A stretch of 64,000 nt of DNA from Candidatus Azambacteria bacterium (GCA_016200965.1 JACQDT010000001.1:3544-67543), one strand, 5' to 3'. Positions 10,552 to 20,395 are shown, counted from the stretch's first letter. The notes: generated from the letters alone by a model not told the origin. Numbers and translations are program-made.

Positions 10552-11520
10552 TTAAAGCTTATTGGGGGGCACTCTGCCCTCCAGCGCCTCAATGATGTTC
10601 AATGCGGCAAGTTCAGCCATCTTTCCCCGCGTTTCTTCGGTCGCAGAAGCAATATGGGGCGTGAGTACCGCGTTTGGCAGATCCGCAAGTCCCGGCGCAA
10701 GCGACGGCTCGTTCTCATACACGTCCAGCGCGGCTCCTTTTATCATTCCCTCTTTCAATGCGCGCACGAGCGCTTGCTCGTCCACGATGGGTCCGCGGGA
10801 CGTGTTGACCAGATACGCGGTTTTTTTCATCATGGCAAACTCATTTGTGCCTATCAAATACTTCGTGGCGGGAAGAAGCGGCACGTGAATGGATATGAAG
10901 TCCGATTCTTTCAAAAGCGTCGGCAGATCAACGTATCGCGCCCCGTATTCTTTTTCAAATTCGGCGTTGGGCTTCGGATCGTAATACAACACCTTCATGC
11001 CGAATCCCTTCGCCGCATGATGCGCCACGCGCGACCCTATTCTGCCCAATCCCACCACGCCAAGCGTTTTGCCCGACACATCTGAACCCAAAAGAAGCAT
11101 GGGGGCCCATCCTTTGTAGTTCCCCGCGCGCGTATACGCGTCCGCTTCCGCGATCCGATGCGCGGCGGCAAGGATAAGCGCGAACGTATGCTCGGCAACG
11201 GTGTTGGTCAGCACGCCGGGCGTGTTGGTAACGGTCATGCCACGCTGTTTCGCCGCGTCCAAGTTGATATTGTCGAATCCGACCGCATAATTCGCGAATA
11301 TTTTACACTGCGCTCCCGCCGCTTCAAATACCGCGTCGTCTATCTTATCGGTTAAAAGGCACAGTACCGCGTCATAGCTTTTCCCTTTAAGCGCAACTAT
11401 AAGCTCCTCTTTTGTGAGTACGCCGTCTTTCCCGCTCACCGTCACGTTGTATCCTTTCCCTTCAAGCGCGCGTATCCCCGGTTCCGGAATGCGTCTTGTT
11501 ATAAAAATATGTTGTTGCAT
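10552..11520 (-). CDS. D-2-hydroxyacid dehydrogenase (glyoxylate/glycerate reductase-like)
   Basis: TNTPGVLT, GLGRIG, NTSRG, PHIAS. Confidence 0.92.
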   Translation of the reverse strand: MQQHIFITRRIPEPGIRALEGKGYNVTVSGKDGVLTKEELIVALKGKSYDAVLCLLTDKIDDAVFEAAGAQCKIFANYAVGFDNINLDAAKQRGMTVTNTPGVLTNTVAEHTFALILAAAHRIAEADAYTRAGNYKGWAPMLLLGSDVSGKTLGVVGLGRIGSRVAHHAAKGFGMKVLYYDPKPNAEFEKEYGARYVDLPTLLKESDFISIHVPLLPATKYLIGTNEFAMMKKTAYLVNTSRGPIVDEQALVRALKEGMIKGAALDVYENEPSLAPGLADLPNAVLTPHIASATEETRGKMAELAALNIIEALEGRVPPNKL

Positions 11521-11600
11521 ATATGCAGTGTATCATGACGCATATCATCAGGCAACATTACCCTGTTCATCTGCATTATTTATGATATGATTGCTGTACT

Positions 11601-12977
11601 ATGACGCTCGGACGAAGAAGAATGTATTTTTTTCTGCTGGTAGCCGTGTTTTTTATCGCGGCGCCGGCGGTTATTTTGTATTCCCAAGGATACACGCTTG
11701 ACCTAAACAATTTTTCGCTCAAAAAAACAGGGGCTATTTTTTTGAGCACGAGCCCGAAAGGAGTGCGGATATTCGTAGACAACCTGCTCGCCGCCTCCAC
11801 GAGCGACATCATTTTCTCGCAAGGAAAACTACTCTCTCACATGGCGCCCAAAGAATACGATGTGAGAATTGAAAAAGAAGCGTATTCCCCGTGGGATAAA
11901 AAGCTTGAAGTGAAACCGCAGCTCGTCACCGAAGCGCGTAATATATTTCTCGTGCCGCAGCGCCCCCTGCCTTTGACAATCGAAAAAAAAGTAAGCGACG
12001 TCATCATCTCCGATTCCAACGCCATGATCGCGTACGTGAAGACGGACGGCGCCGCGATTTTTGACGTATCCTCGCCAAAAATAATCCCGCTGGCCGCACA
12101 GCCGGGAGAAAAAGTGGGAAACGTGCGTTTCGGCGCGGATGAAAATTACCTCGTCGTTGAAAGTTTTTTGAACAACCGCGTGAGAAAATATCTCCTGAAC
12201 GTCGCATCGGGAGAAACCACCCAGATCAGCGAGGATAACAATGAACAATTCATAAAAATCCGCCAATATCCCGCGGGAGAACCGAAAATCATTGCCCTTT
12301 CCTCAAATCGAGAACTCTATTTCATGGATACACGCTCCCAACAAGAAAAAACAACCATTGCGACCAATATAAGCAACTTTGAGCTCTTTGGCGATAAAAT
12401 ACTGTACGCGACGGTTGCACCGACCGTATTTTATGAAAAAGATCTCGTGAGTGGAAAAACAGAACAGCTTAATCAAACCCCTGTTGTACAGTTTGATTTT
12501 TCTTCAAAAATACTGAGATCGCGCGGCGGCTTTGTAGCGTTCATTGATAACGAACAATCGCTCTTTATATACAATCAGGAAGAAAAAATATTCCATCTCA
12601 TCGCAAAGAATGTCCTGAGCGCAATTTTTTCCGACGATGATAAAAAACTAATGTGGCAGAATAAAAATGAGATCTATATATACTACCTGAAAGATATCGT
12701 AATACATCCGCAAAAAGCGGCAGGAGAGATAGAACTCATCACGCGCTTTTCAAAGCCCGTAGGCGCGATTGCGTGGTTTTCATACGACAACGAGCATATT
12801 CTCTTTGCGGCGGACGAAAAACTGAAACTCATAGAACTTGACGGAAGAGATAAAAGAAATGTATACGACATCGCTGAGGTAAAAAAGCCGGTAAAGATCA
12901 TATATAACGATTTTGACGATTTCATTTACTTCCTTGACGGACAGACATTCAAAAAAATCACGCTGATAAAAAACTGA
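11601..12977 (+). CDS. Membrane-anchored PEGA-like domain plus beta-propeller protein
   Basis: N-terminal TM, TG-I-L-T-P-G-I-VD PEGA-like start, beta-rich repeats. Confidence 0.65.
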   Translation: MTLGRRRMYFFLLVAVFFIAAPAVILYSQGYTLDLNNFSLKKTGAIFLSTSPKGVRIFVDNLLAASTSDIIFSQGKLLSHMAPKEYDVRIEKEAYSPWDKKLEVKPQLVTEARNIFLVPQRPLPLTIEKKVSDVIISDSNAMIAYVKTDGAAIFDVSSPKIIPLAAQPGEKVGNVRFGADENYLVVESFLNNRVRKYLLNVASGETTQISEDNNEQFIKIRQYPAGEPKIIALSSNRELYFMDTRSQQEKTTIATNISNFELFGDKILYATVAPTVFYEKDLVSGKTEQLNQTPVVQFDFSSKILRSRGGFVAFIDNEQSLFIYNQEEKIFHLIAKNVLSAIFSDDDKKLMWQNKNEIYIYYLKDIVIHPQKAAGEIELITRFSKPVGAIAWFSYDNEHILFAADEKLKLIELDGRDKRNVYDIAEVKKPVKIIYNDFDDFIYFLDGQTFKKITLIKN

Positions 12978-12979
12978 AG

Positions 12980-13003
12980 AAAAGCCCCCGAGCGGGGGCT
13001 TTT
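12980..13003. terminator. Bidirectional intrinsic terminator
   Basis: AAAAGCCCCCG-AG-CGGGGGCTTTT between convergent genes. Confidence 0.8.
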
Positions 13004-13018
13004 GACTAGATCTTAAAA

Positions 13019-13552
13019 TTACCGTTTTGACCACCGTGGGGCTTTGCGCGCTTTCTTCAAACCGTATTTCTTCGTTTCTTTCATCCTTGCATCGCGCTTC
13101 AAATAAAGCGCCCGCTTGAGCCGTTTGCGGAAATCGGGGTTGAATGCCACGAGCGCCCGTGCGATGCCGTGGCGTATCGCCTCCGCTTGCGCGTGTATTC
13201 CTCCCCCTTGAACGAACGCGGACACGCGCATCCGCTCAACGCTTTTCATTTTCACTAAAGGCGCGTTCACAATCCTCTGCAAACTTTCTCCGGGGAAATA
13301 ACTTGCGCATTCTTTGCCATTTATCGTGATGCCGGTTCCTTTTGTGTAAATCCGCACGCGTGCATGCGCGGTTTTCCTTCTTCCTATGCCTTCAAAATAA
13401 CGATCTGATTTTGTTTCTTTTACGCCCCCCGCTTCAACAACGGGCGCCGGAATCATTTCTTCCGCCACCTCATGTGCCACGCTCTCGGCAACGAGAGGCG
13501 CTTTTTGTTTTTTTATCTTTTCTCCTTTTGGTTTTGTCGTTTTTGCTGTCAT
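13019..13552 (-). CDS. rpsI: 30S ribosomal protein S9 with N-terminal extension
   Basis: GRRKTA, GGGIHAQ, KKYGLKKARKAPRWSKR. Confidence 0.96.
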   Translation of the reverse strand: MTAKTTKPKGEKIKKQKAPLVAESVAHEVAEEMIPAPVVEAGGVKETKSDRYFEGIGRRKTAHARVRIYTKGTGITINGKECASYFPGESLQRIVNAPLVKMKSVERMRVSAFVQGGGIHAQAEAIRHGIARALVAFNPDFRKRLKRALYLKRDARMKETKKYGLKKARKAPRWSKR

Positions 13553-13557
13553 AAAAA

Positions 13558-13929
13558 CTATTTAATCTCTTTTCTGTGCGTAAACAATCTCTTCATGGCA
13601 AGCGGACGTAATTTATTTTTAGGCAACATGCCGTATACCGCTCTGTAGAGTGCGTCTCCTGGGTCTTTTTCCATAACATCTTCCAGCTTTGTTTCCTTCA
13701 AACCCCCGGGATAGCCGGAATAATGATAATACTTTTTCTGCGCGAGTTTGTCTCCCGTCAACTTCATTTCCCCGACGTTAAAAACATGCACGATGTCTTT
13801 ACTGTCTATATGGCGTTGAAAATCGGCGCTCGCTTTTCCGCGCAAAAGCATGGCAACCTCAGATGCCAATCTGCCCAGTGCCTTGCCGTTCGCGTCGATT
13901 TTATATACCGTTCGTTCTCTTTTGATCAT
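13558..13929 (-). CDS. rplM: 50S ribosomal protein L13
   Basis: LGRLAS, YSGYPGG, GMLPKN. Confidence 0.96.
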   Translation of the reverse strand: MIKRERTVYKIDANGKALGRLASEVAMLLRGKASADFQRHIDSKDIVHVFNVGEMKLTGDKLAQKKYYHYSGYPGGLKETKLEDVMEKDPGDALYRAVYGMLPKNKLRPLAMKRLFTHRKEIK

Positions 13930-13931
13930 AC

Positions 13932-14279
13932 CTATATGAATTCAATTTGCGCCATGTGCGAGCCGTCCGATCTGCGCTGTCCCAATTTGATAATCCGCGT
14001 ATAGCCGCCTTTTCTTTCTTTGTATTTGGGAGCGATTTCATCAAACAGCTTTTGCGCGACATGTGCCGCGAGCGTTTTTCTGATGAATCTAACCGTGGTC
14101 AGAGATTTCACTCTTGCCTTTGAAACCATTTTTTCGATGGACGGGCGAAGTTCTTTCGCCTTTGCTTCGGTCGTGCGAATGCGATCATGTAAAATAAGTG
14201 CGGTTGCGAGCGACTTCATCAGCGCCTTTCGCTGGCCGGTTTCTCTGTGAAATTTTCTTGCTTTCTTTAAATGCCTCAT
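13932..14279 (-). CDS. rplQ: 50S ribosomal protein L17
   Basis: MRH, TTEAKAKE, GGYTRIIK. Confidence 0.96.
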   Translation of the reverse strand: MRHLKKARKFHRETGQRKALMKSLATALILHDRIRTTEAKAKELRPSIEKMVSKARVKSLTTVRFIRKTLAAHVAQKLFDEIAPKYKERKGGYTRIIKLGQRRSDGSHMAQIEFI

Positions 14280-14283
14280 ACCA

Positions 14284-15222
14284 TTACTTTTCTTTCAGCG
14301 ACAATCCCGCTTTTTTCAGCGCCTTTTTTATTTCCGTGACCCCTTTTACTCCTATGCCTTCAAAGGCAAGGATTTCATCTTCTGTTTTACTCGTCAAATC
14401 CTCTGCGCCAGTTATTCCCGCCGCCGCAAGCGCATTGGCAACTCTTGCCGACAAGCCAAGATAAGAAAGCGCCGAGCCGATCTTTTCTGTCTCGCCTTCC
14501 GCTTGGCTTTTTTTAGACGCGGACAGAAATTCTTTTTCCGCATCGGAAGAAGTAAGCTCCTGGAACTGCTCCACCACTATCCGCGCGGCTTTCAAGAATG
14601 CTTCCTCCGGATCGATCGTACCATCGGTCTCAATTGAAAAACGCACGCGGTCAAAATCCGTCCTCTCGCCTACGCGCATATTTTCCACATCATAGTTTAT
14701 TTTTCTGATGGGAGTAAAAATGGCGTCCAGGGCCATCGTGCCGACTTCAAGTTTTTCTTTTTTTCTCGTTTCAACGGGCACATAGCCAAACCCCTTTTCT
14801 ACGGTCATCTCAACCTCAAATACTGATTTTTTATCGCTTAACGTCGCGATGTGCAAAGAAGGATTCACTATTTCCACCTGGCTGGGTCCTTCAACATCTT
14901 TTCCGGAAACCTTCCGCTCGCCATGCGTCTTTATATATATTTTTTGCGGCTCATCGGAGTGCACGCGAAGCCGCAACTGTTTCAAATTCAAAAGAATTTG
15001 CACCACATCTTCCATGACGCCCGGCACGGTTGAAAATTCATGCGAGACCCCCTTTATCTTCACCAAAGTGACCGCGGCGCCTTCAAGGGACGACAGTAAA
15101 ACGCGGCGAAGCGTATTCCCCACGGTCATTCCGTATCCGGGATACAGATTCTCGACTTCGATGACCGCCCTGAAACCGTTTTTTTCAACACACAGGGGCT
15201 TTTTTGGCAAAGGTATTGGCAT
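14284..15222 (-). CDS. rpoA: RNA polymerase alpha subunit
   Basis: GYGMTVGNTLRRVLLSS, HEFST, alpha-CTD. Confidence 0.96.
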   Translation of the reverse strand: MPIPLPKKPLCVEKNGFRAVIEVENLYPGYGMTVGNTLRRVLLSSLEGAAVTLVKIKGVSHEFSTVPGVMEDVVQILLNLKQLRLRVHSDEPQKIYIKTHGERKVSGKDVEGPSQVEIVNPSLHIATLSDKKSVFEVEMTVEKGFGYVPVETRKKEKLEVGTMALDAIFTPIRKINYDVENMRVGERTDFDRVRFSIETDGTIDPEEAFLKAARIVVEQFQELTSSDAEKEFLSASKKSQAEGETEKIGSALSYLGLSARVANALAAAGITGAEDLTSKTEDEILAFEGIGVKGVTEIKKALKKAGLSLKEK

Positions 15223-15254
15223 GGTACGCAAAAAAATTAATGGTTATGTTATTA

Positions 15255-15756
15255 TTATCGCGAATAAAATTCCACAATACGCTGCATATTGAACGGGAGA
15301 TCAAGCTCTTCGCCTTCCGGCATCCGTTTTACCGTTGCCTTCAAGGTTTCCTTATTCAATTCCAGCCATGTATGAAGGCACATTTACGCGCCGGCCGTTG
15401 ACGGTCAGATGGCCGTGGCCGACCATCTGGTGCGCCTGACTGCGCGAACTTGAAAATCCAAGCCGATACGCCGCGTTGTCAAGCCGCGTCTCCAAAAGAC
15501 GGCCAAGCACCGTCGCGGTCATGCTCTTGCTTTTTGCCGCCATGTCAAAATACTTTCTGAACTGCCGCTCGCGCAGACCGTAGGTCCGTTTCACCTTCTG
15601 CTTTTCCGCAAGCTGAAGCGCGAATTCAGATACCCCCCTGCGATACGATTTTCCGTGCTGTCCCGGCGGATACGCGCGTTTTTTCAGCGCGCACGTTACC
15701 TTGCCGCACACCGATACTCCGAGCCGCCTGCACATTTTACATGTTGATTTGACCAT
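15255..15756 (-). pseudogene. rpsD: 30S ribosomal protein S4, broken by an internal deletion and frameshift near 15370 (possible assembly error)
   Basis: N-terminal part to RRVNVPSY; the S4 C-terminus WLELNK...IVEFYSR* is in another frame and ends at 15255. Confidence 0.85.
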
Positions 15757-15765
15757 AAGTAGCGT

Positions 15766-16215
15766 TTAGACCCTTCTTACTTTAGGCGGACGACAGCCGT
15801 TATGCGGAATAGGAGTCACATCGGAAACAGAAAGCACGTTCAGCGCGTTGGCGATCGTGCGTACCGCGGATTCGCGCCCCGACCCGATTCCTTTCACATA
15901 CACCACCACGTCCTGCAATCCTGATTTTTTCACCTTTTCCATCACCGTTTCCACTACGCGCGTCGCGGCATACGGAGTCGCTTTTTTCGCTCCCTTGAAT
16001 CCGAGCGCACCCGCCGACGCCCAGGCAAGCACATTGCCATGATCATCGGCGACAGAAACAATGGTATTGTTATAGGTCGCCTGCACATGCGCCTGCCCCG
16101 CCTTTGTGGAACGCTTCGCCGAAGAAACGGAAATCTTTTTTTCCGCGGTTTCTTGTTCGGTGGTTTCCCGAATCATTTCCTCATCCTTTTGTGTAAGCAC
16201 CTTTTTCTTTCCCAT
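15766..16215 (-). CDS. rpsK: 30S ribosomal protein S11
   Basis: YNNTI, GFKGAKKATPYAA, PHNGCRPP. Confidence 0.97.
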   Translation of the reverse strand: MGKKKVLTQKDEEMIRETTEQETAEKKISVSSAKRSTKAGQAHVQATYNNTIVSVADDHGNVLAWASAGALGFKGAKKATPYAATRVVETVMEKVKKSGLQDVVVYVKGIGSGRESAVRTIANALNVLSVSDVTPIPHNGCRPPKVRRV

Positions 16216-16217
16216 GC

Positions 16218-16271
16218 CAATGTGATTTAAGATTTATGAGCTCAATGCGAAGTAAATCTTAAATCACATTG
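16218..16271. repeat. Perfect 19-bp inverted repeat next to the rpsK start
   Basis: CAATGTGATTTAAGATTTA (16218-16236) / TAAATCTTAAATCACATTG (16253-16271). Confidence 0.85.
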
Positions 16272-16274
16272 AGC

Positions 16275-16500
16275 ACCCCGCTCCATTTTTGCCTTTGCAT
16301 ATCGCGCGAAGTGCGCATGCCGGACCCCGAAGCAGAACCTGCGGTTCGCTACAGGGCAGGTAGGTATGAACTGCGCAATGGGGTGCCTGCCCCGTAGTGA
16401 GCTGTGCTCTACTACCGGGGAAGCGCTTCGCCCAAAACGGAGTGTGGCTATTCGCCACTCGCGCTTCGCTTGTTATTCTGTTGCAAAAATGGGGCGGGGT
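16275..16500. mobile_element. MITE-like element, 226 bp, with ACCCCG termini
   Basis: 18-bp TIR ACCCCGCTCCATTTTTGC / GCAAAAATGGGGCGGGGT (1 mismatch); no credible ORF; no TSD seen. Confidence 0.65.
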
Positions 16501-16511
16501 AAGGTTTTCTA

Positions 16512-16555
16512 GTCCCAATCAGAACGCTCAAAGCAATAAGCATTCTGATTGGGAC
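16512..16555. repeat. Hairpin/REP-like element
   Basis: GTCCCAATCAGAA ... TTCTGATTGGGAC, 13-bp perfect inverted repeat. Confidence 0.75.
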
Positions 16556-16563
16556 GAAAGCCC

Positions 16564-16950
16564 TTATTTCTTATCCAGCGCCCTTCTTCCCGATCCGGCG
16601 GTTTTGCGCACATTACCTCTGCGCGTGCGTGAATTGGTCTTTGTCCGCTGGCCGCGCACGGGCAGGCCTTTCATGTGCCGAATGCCCCGATATGATTTGA
16701 TGTCTTTCAACCGCTTGATATGAAACATCACGTCCCGTTTCAAATCGCCTTCTATCTTATAATTTTTTTCTATCACTTCCTTGATACGGTTGATCTCGTC
16801 GGAGGTAAGCTGCGCAGCTCGTTTGTTGACATCCACCCGCGCCTGCCCGAGCACAAATTTCGCGCGCGAAGGACCGATGCCGTATATATACGTCAGTGCA
16901 ATCTCGGCTCTTTTTTTATCAGGAATATTTACTCCCACGATGCGTGCCAT
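16564..16950 (-). CDS. rpsM: 30S ribosomal protein S13
   Basis: MARIVGV, IYGIG, GLPVRGQRTKTN. Confidence 0.97.
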   Translation of the reverse strand: MARIVGVNIPDKKRAEIALTYIYGIGPSRAKFVLGQARVDVNKRAAQLTSDEINRIKEVIEKNYKIEGDLKRDVMFHIKRLKDIKSYRGIRHMKGLPVRGQRTKTNSRTRRGNVRKTAGSGRRALDKK

Positions 16951-16951
16951 A

Positions 16952-17065
16952 TTATTTCTGCCGCTGTTTATGTTTTGGATTCTCGCACGTCACAAGAATA
17001 CGTCCGCGCCTGCGGACGGTCTTGCATTTCATACATATCTTTTTTACCGACGACCTGATTTTCAT
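16952..17065 (-). CDS. rpmJ: 50S ribosomal protein L36 (not in ORF track)
   Basis: Hand translation [37 protein letters not shown]. Confidence 0.95.
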   Translation of the reverse strand: MKIRSSVKKICMKCKTVRRRGRILVTCENPKHKQRQK

Positions 17066-17074
17066 TACAGACAA

Positions 17075-17137
17075 AATCCAGAAGCAAAAAAGCAAAGGCG
17101 AAATCCGCTCCGGATTCTGCTTTCTCGCTTCTGGATT
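17075..17137. repeat. Long imperfect hairpin in the infA-rpmJ spacer
   Basis: AATCCAGAAGC / GCTTCTGGATT plus further imperfect pairing. Confidence 0.65.
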
Positions 17138-17141
17138 CTAT

Positions 17142-17363
17142 TTATTGTTTAGTCCTTAACACGATCCTTCCTTTCGTGTGATCGTACGGAGTCATCTCCA
17201 CCACCACCTTGTCTCCCGGCAGTACCTTGATAAAATGAAGCCGCATTTTTCCCGCCAAGTGAGCGAAAATCAGGGTCCCGTCGTCGTCAAGTTTCACGCG
17301 AAACGTAGCATTGGGCAAATTTTCCTGAACTATCCCTTCCCTCCGAAGATTCTCATTTGGCAT
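17142..17363 (-). CDS. infA: Translation initiation factor IF-1
   Basis: [24 protein letters not shown]. Confidence 0.96.
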   Translation of the reverse strand: MPNENLRREGIVQENLPNATFRVKLDDDGTLIFAHLAGKMRLHFIKVLPGDKVVVEMTPYDHTKGRIVLRTKQ

Positions 17364-17406
17364 AACTATCCTCTATTTGTAACAAAATAATAAAAAGAAG
17401 TCAATA

Positions 17407-19026
17407 CTACATCCCCTGGACTGTCACGGTGATTCTCTTGGGGTTATCGGGCGCAAGCGAGATCCAAAAAGGCCAAAAAGTGACTTCCGCGCTTTCTACC
17501 GCCTCATTTTCACGCAATATTCGCTTTATTTCGTCTTCCCCTTTGCCCGCAAGCTGCGCCTGTATTTGTTCTTGCTTGACCGCGCCCGCCGCAAGTTCAT
17601 TGACCTTCACCGTGAAACTCAACGCGGTTTTTCCCGAATTCATCGTTTCATCCGCATACGAAACGACTCTGGTGCCCGGCACCGTTTTTTGCGTATCAAG
17701 CAATCTGCGGACTAAGTGATCCTCCGCCAGCGCGGCGACGTCGCTCTCCGAAAACGCGAACACTTCATATGCCGCCTTCAGGCGCGCTTTGAATTTTCCG
17801 CCCGCGTCGGGAGTGTCGGCGGAAAAATCAGGCGTTCCCTGCGTGCGCGCCCCTGCAAGCACCACGAGTCCTTTGCCGATGTTCGCATTGATATATTCCT
17901 GCGTCTGGGCGGCAAGCTTTTCCGAAAGCGCCGCTTTTGCTTTTTCCAAATCATCCGCCGTCGCCGCGAAACTTCCTCCCGTTCCCCCGCCCGTCATCGG
18001 CTTTGACGATTTCGCGCGAAATCCGGTGAACTTCGGCGTACCTGCAAATCCCGGAATGGTAAAATCGGACGGGCCGATGTTGTGCGCCGCGCCCGCCTGA
18101 TCCGCGATTATTGCCGCCGTGACCATGCCCGGGGAAACAACTTTACCGTCTTTGATCGTCGCGCCCGGTACGACGACGCCGTTTTTCAGACGAAATACGT
18201 TACCGTCTTTCGCCGTAAAGCGCGTGCTTTTCACCAGCGTCTGGGAGTTGCTTGAAAACTCGTTGTATACGGTCAGCTCACCCTCCGCTTTTGTCTCTTG
18301 ATTGTTTTTGCTCGATGCGGTGAATTCGCCCTCCGCCGTTTTTTCCGTTTGTATGCTTTGTCCGGGGATGCGCGCCTTGCCGACATCAATAGCCGAAAGC
18401 TTGCTGTCGGCAACGGCTTGAAAATCAAACCGCACGGTCTCTTTTTTGGGCACGATGACAACCGACAAACGCGGAGAAAGCGCATAAAAACCGGCGCCTG
18501 CCGCCACCCCGGCGGCGATGAAGGAAAGGGTGATGAATTTCCAACTGAATGCAATGCCGCTGTGCGGCTCAATCTCCTCGCCGCGCAGCATGTTCCGTTC
18601 CGTGAGCGTGACACGCGACGCTTCAGGAGCAATGGTTTTCCGGAATACCGTAGGCGCATGAGCGTCGCGTCGCATCACCCGCACATTGATCTCCTCCGGC
18701 TCGTCCTCCGCCGGCGCATCTTCTATAACCGACACCGGCGCGGCGGCGTGCTCTTCTTCGGCTTCCAGTTCCTCAACGCTTATCTCAAGTGAATCCATGC
18801 TTGCGTTTTTTGCGGCATCAAGCACGTTCCGGTCAAGAGATGCAATGACGATATTCTTCCCAAGCGCGACCGCTTCGCGGCGCAAAAGCTTGATATTGAC
18901 CGCGTCGATAAAAAGCGCGGGATTGCGGTCGGCGGCAATGTAAATTGTATTCTCCTCCGTATTTTCCATCCTGTCGATCAAATACGCGATACTCTCGTCG
19001 GGATGGATGTATAAAATTTTTCTCAT
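17407..19026 (-). CDS. Membrane protein with baseplate-J-like C-terminal domain
   Basis: Central TM; A-G-L-VYN, G-HNIGPS-FTIPGF, MTGG and PFW motifs; translationally coupled to the upstream FtsA-like gene. Confidence 0.6.
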   Translation of the reverse strand: MRKILYIHPDESIAYLIDRMENTEENTIYIAADRNPALFIDAVNIKLLRREAVALGKNIVIASLDRNVLDAAKNASMDSLEISVEELEAEEEHAAAPVSVIEDAPAEDEPEEINVRVMRRDAHAPTVFRKTIAPEASRVTLTERNMLRGEEIEPHSGIAFSWKFITLSFIAAGVAAGAGFYALSPRLSVVIVPKKETVRFDFQAVADSKLSAIDVGKARIPGQSIQTEKTAEGEFTASSKNNQETKAEGELTVYNEFSSNSQTLVKSTRFTAKDGNVFRLKNGVVVPGATIKDGKVVSPGMVTAAIIADQAGAAHNIGPSDFTIPGFAGTPKFTGFRAKSSKPMTGGGTGGSFAATADDLEKAKAALSEKLAAQTQEYINANIGKGLVVLAGARTQGTPDFSADTPDAGGKFKARLKAAYEVFAFSESDVAALAEDHLVRRLLDTQKTVPGTRVVSYADETMNSGKTALSFTVKVNELAAGAVKQEQIQAQLAGKGEDEIKRILRENEAVESAEVTFWPFWISLAPDNPKRITVTVQGM

Positions 19027-20171
19027 GAAGAAAGGTATTCCAATATGCAATCGTCAAAAACCGTTTCGCGGCGTTCTCTTTTATCATCTGCTACAATGCG
19101 TACGCGTACATTGCCGTCATACGACGACTGCTCCGCTCTCTGCGTTCGCGGGTTGCGTTCAAGGGGCAGTCCGGCAAGCCATGTTTCGTCGCGAAGCGCG
19201 TCGTATGCCTCCGGAGCATATTCCGACGCCACTACCCACACGTTGCCCGGCAATAAATTCGTTTTGTCTATCTGTGAAATCGCCGTAACCACTCCTTGCG
19301 CTATGTTGCGCGCCGCCGCAACGATCGTTTCTTTTATTTTTTCCGCTATCCAGGCATTAAGCGCGCCGCCTCGAAACGCATCAAGCATGCTCCGCGCTTC
19401 TTCTTTACCCACTGCGTGCGCCCGTGCCAGTTCTTCAATAAGTATACCATAACCGGCGCGAACAACGCCAATCCCCGCAATTTTTTTTGCGCGCACAACA
19501 ATAATATCGGTTTCATTTTCAAAAATTGCGGCCAATATCGCGCTGTCATTTCCCGTGAAAACCGTTTTCCATTCCGCTAAAGCACAGCGCACGTCCGTCA
19601 TTCCCGCGCATCGCATGCCTAAAGCGGAAGCGAATTCATCAAAAGCGCGTACCAGCGACTTTCCACACGCGATGCTCACTATATCCGCGGTTACTTCTTT
19701 TCCATTTAAACCAACCGCGTCGGGAACCGCAAAACCGTCTACCCAAAAACGCTGGGGGATATTGCGGAATTCGGACGCGGACGCTTCGTTTTCCTTTCCG
19801 TACCATTTTGAAGTGACCGCCTCCACTTCTTCTTTGGTTATTTTCTTTTCCTTATCCTGGCGTATTCCCTTCGCCTGCGCGAATGAAAACATCCCCGTGC
19901 CCCCCGAAAGCGCGACGATAAAATCTTTCGCCCCACTTTTTGATTCCTTGGAAAGCGCCTGCAGGGCCTTTTCGCAATTGAGTATTATTTTTTCTGCGGC
20001 AAAATCCCCTTCGGACACCTCGCTCTCCTGTTTTTCGCTCCCGCGCTCCACTACCACCACCCGGTCGCCTTCCTTTTTCACCACCATGGCGACAATGTTG
20101 TCCGTATACACGACAAACACCACCGCCCGTGAGTAGTCCTTAAAAAAATCTCCTTTCACAAGAAATGACAT
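19023..20171 (-). CDS. FtsA/PilM-like actin-fold protein carrying the 42-bp element
   Basis: F-VDGF-V-D-VGLNG segment typical of FtsA-like proteins; NPRTQRAEQSSYDG insert near the C-terminus. Confidence 0.6.
   Translation of the reverse strand: MSFLVKGDFFKDYSRAVVFVVYTDNIVAMVVKKEGDRVVVVERGSEKQESEVSEGDFAAEKIILNCEKALQALSKESKSGAKDFIVALSGGTGMFSFAQAKGIRQDKEKKITKEEVEAVTSKWYGKENEASASEFRNIPQRFWVDGFAVPDAVGLNGKEVTADIVSIACGKSLVRAFDEFASALGMRCAGMTDVRCALAEWKTVFTGNDSAILAAIFENETDIIVVRAKKIAGIGVVRAGYGILIEELARAHAVGKEEARSMLDAFRGGALNAWIAEKIKETIVAAARNIAQGVVTAISQIDKTNLLPGNVWVVASEYAPEAYDALRDETWLAGLPLERNPRTQRAEQSSYDGNVRVRIVADDKRERRETVFDDCILEYLSS
19115..19156 (-). repeat. 42-bp coding element, locus 1
   Basis: Exact consensus unit, in frame in the FtsA-like gene. 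Confidence 0.95.
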
Positions 20172-20239
20172 GATATCAGTATATCACGAGGAATAAAAAA
20201 GACGCCATAGAAAACCATAATGGTGCATAAAAACAATAA

Positions 20240-20275
20240 TTTGTCATTTTACCCCGATCGGGGTAAAATGACAAA
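20240..20275. repeat. Perfect 36-bp palindrome with ACCCCGATCGGGGT core
   Basis: TTTGTCATTTTACCCCGA|TCGGGGTAAAATGACAAA. Confidence 0.85.
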
Positions 20276-20332
20276 ATTGTAATACACGAAAAAAAACGAA
20301 AAATAACCAAAAAGAAATAACCGGAAAAATGA

Positions 20333-20364
20333 AAAGCCGGTTACTCGTTCGAGCAACCGGCTTT
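20333..20364 (-). terminator. Intrinsic terminator after the accessory module
   Basis: AAAGCCGGTTACTCG-TT-CGAGCAACCGGCTTT hairpin. Confidence 0.65.
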
Positions 20365-20395
20365 CACCATTCAATTCAGCGGTTTGACCGCCACA

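Noticed and set aside
17407-19026. Prophage, suggested by the baseplate-J-like protein
   Set aside because: No other phage structural genes or integrase; the gene is coupled to an FtsA-like gene in a housekeeping context.
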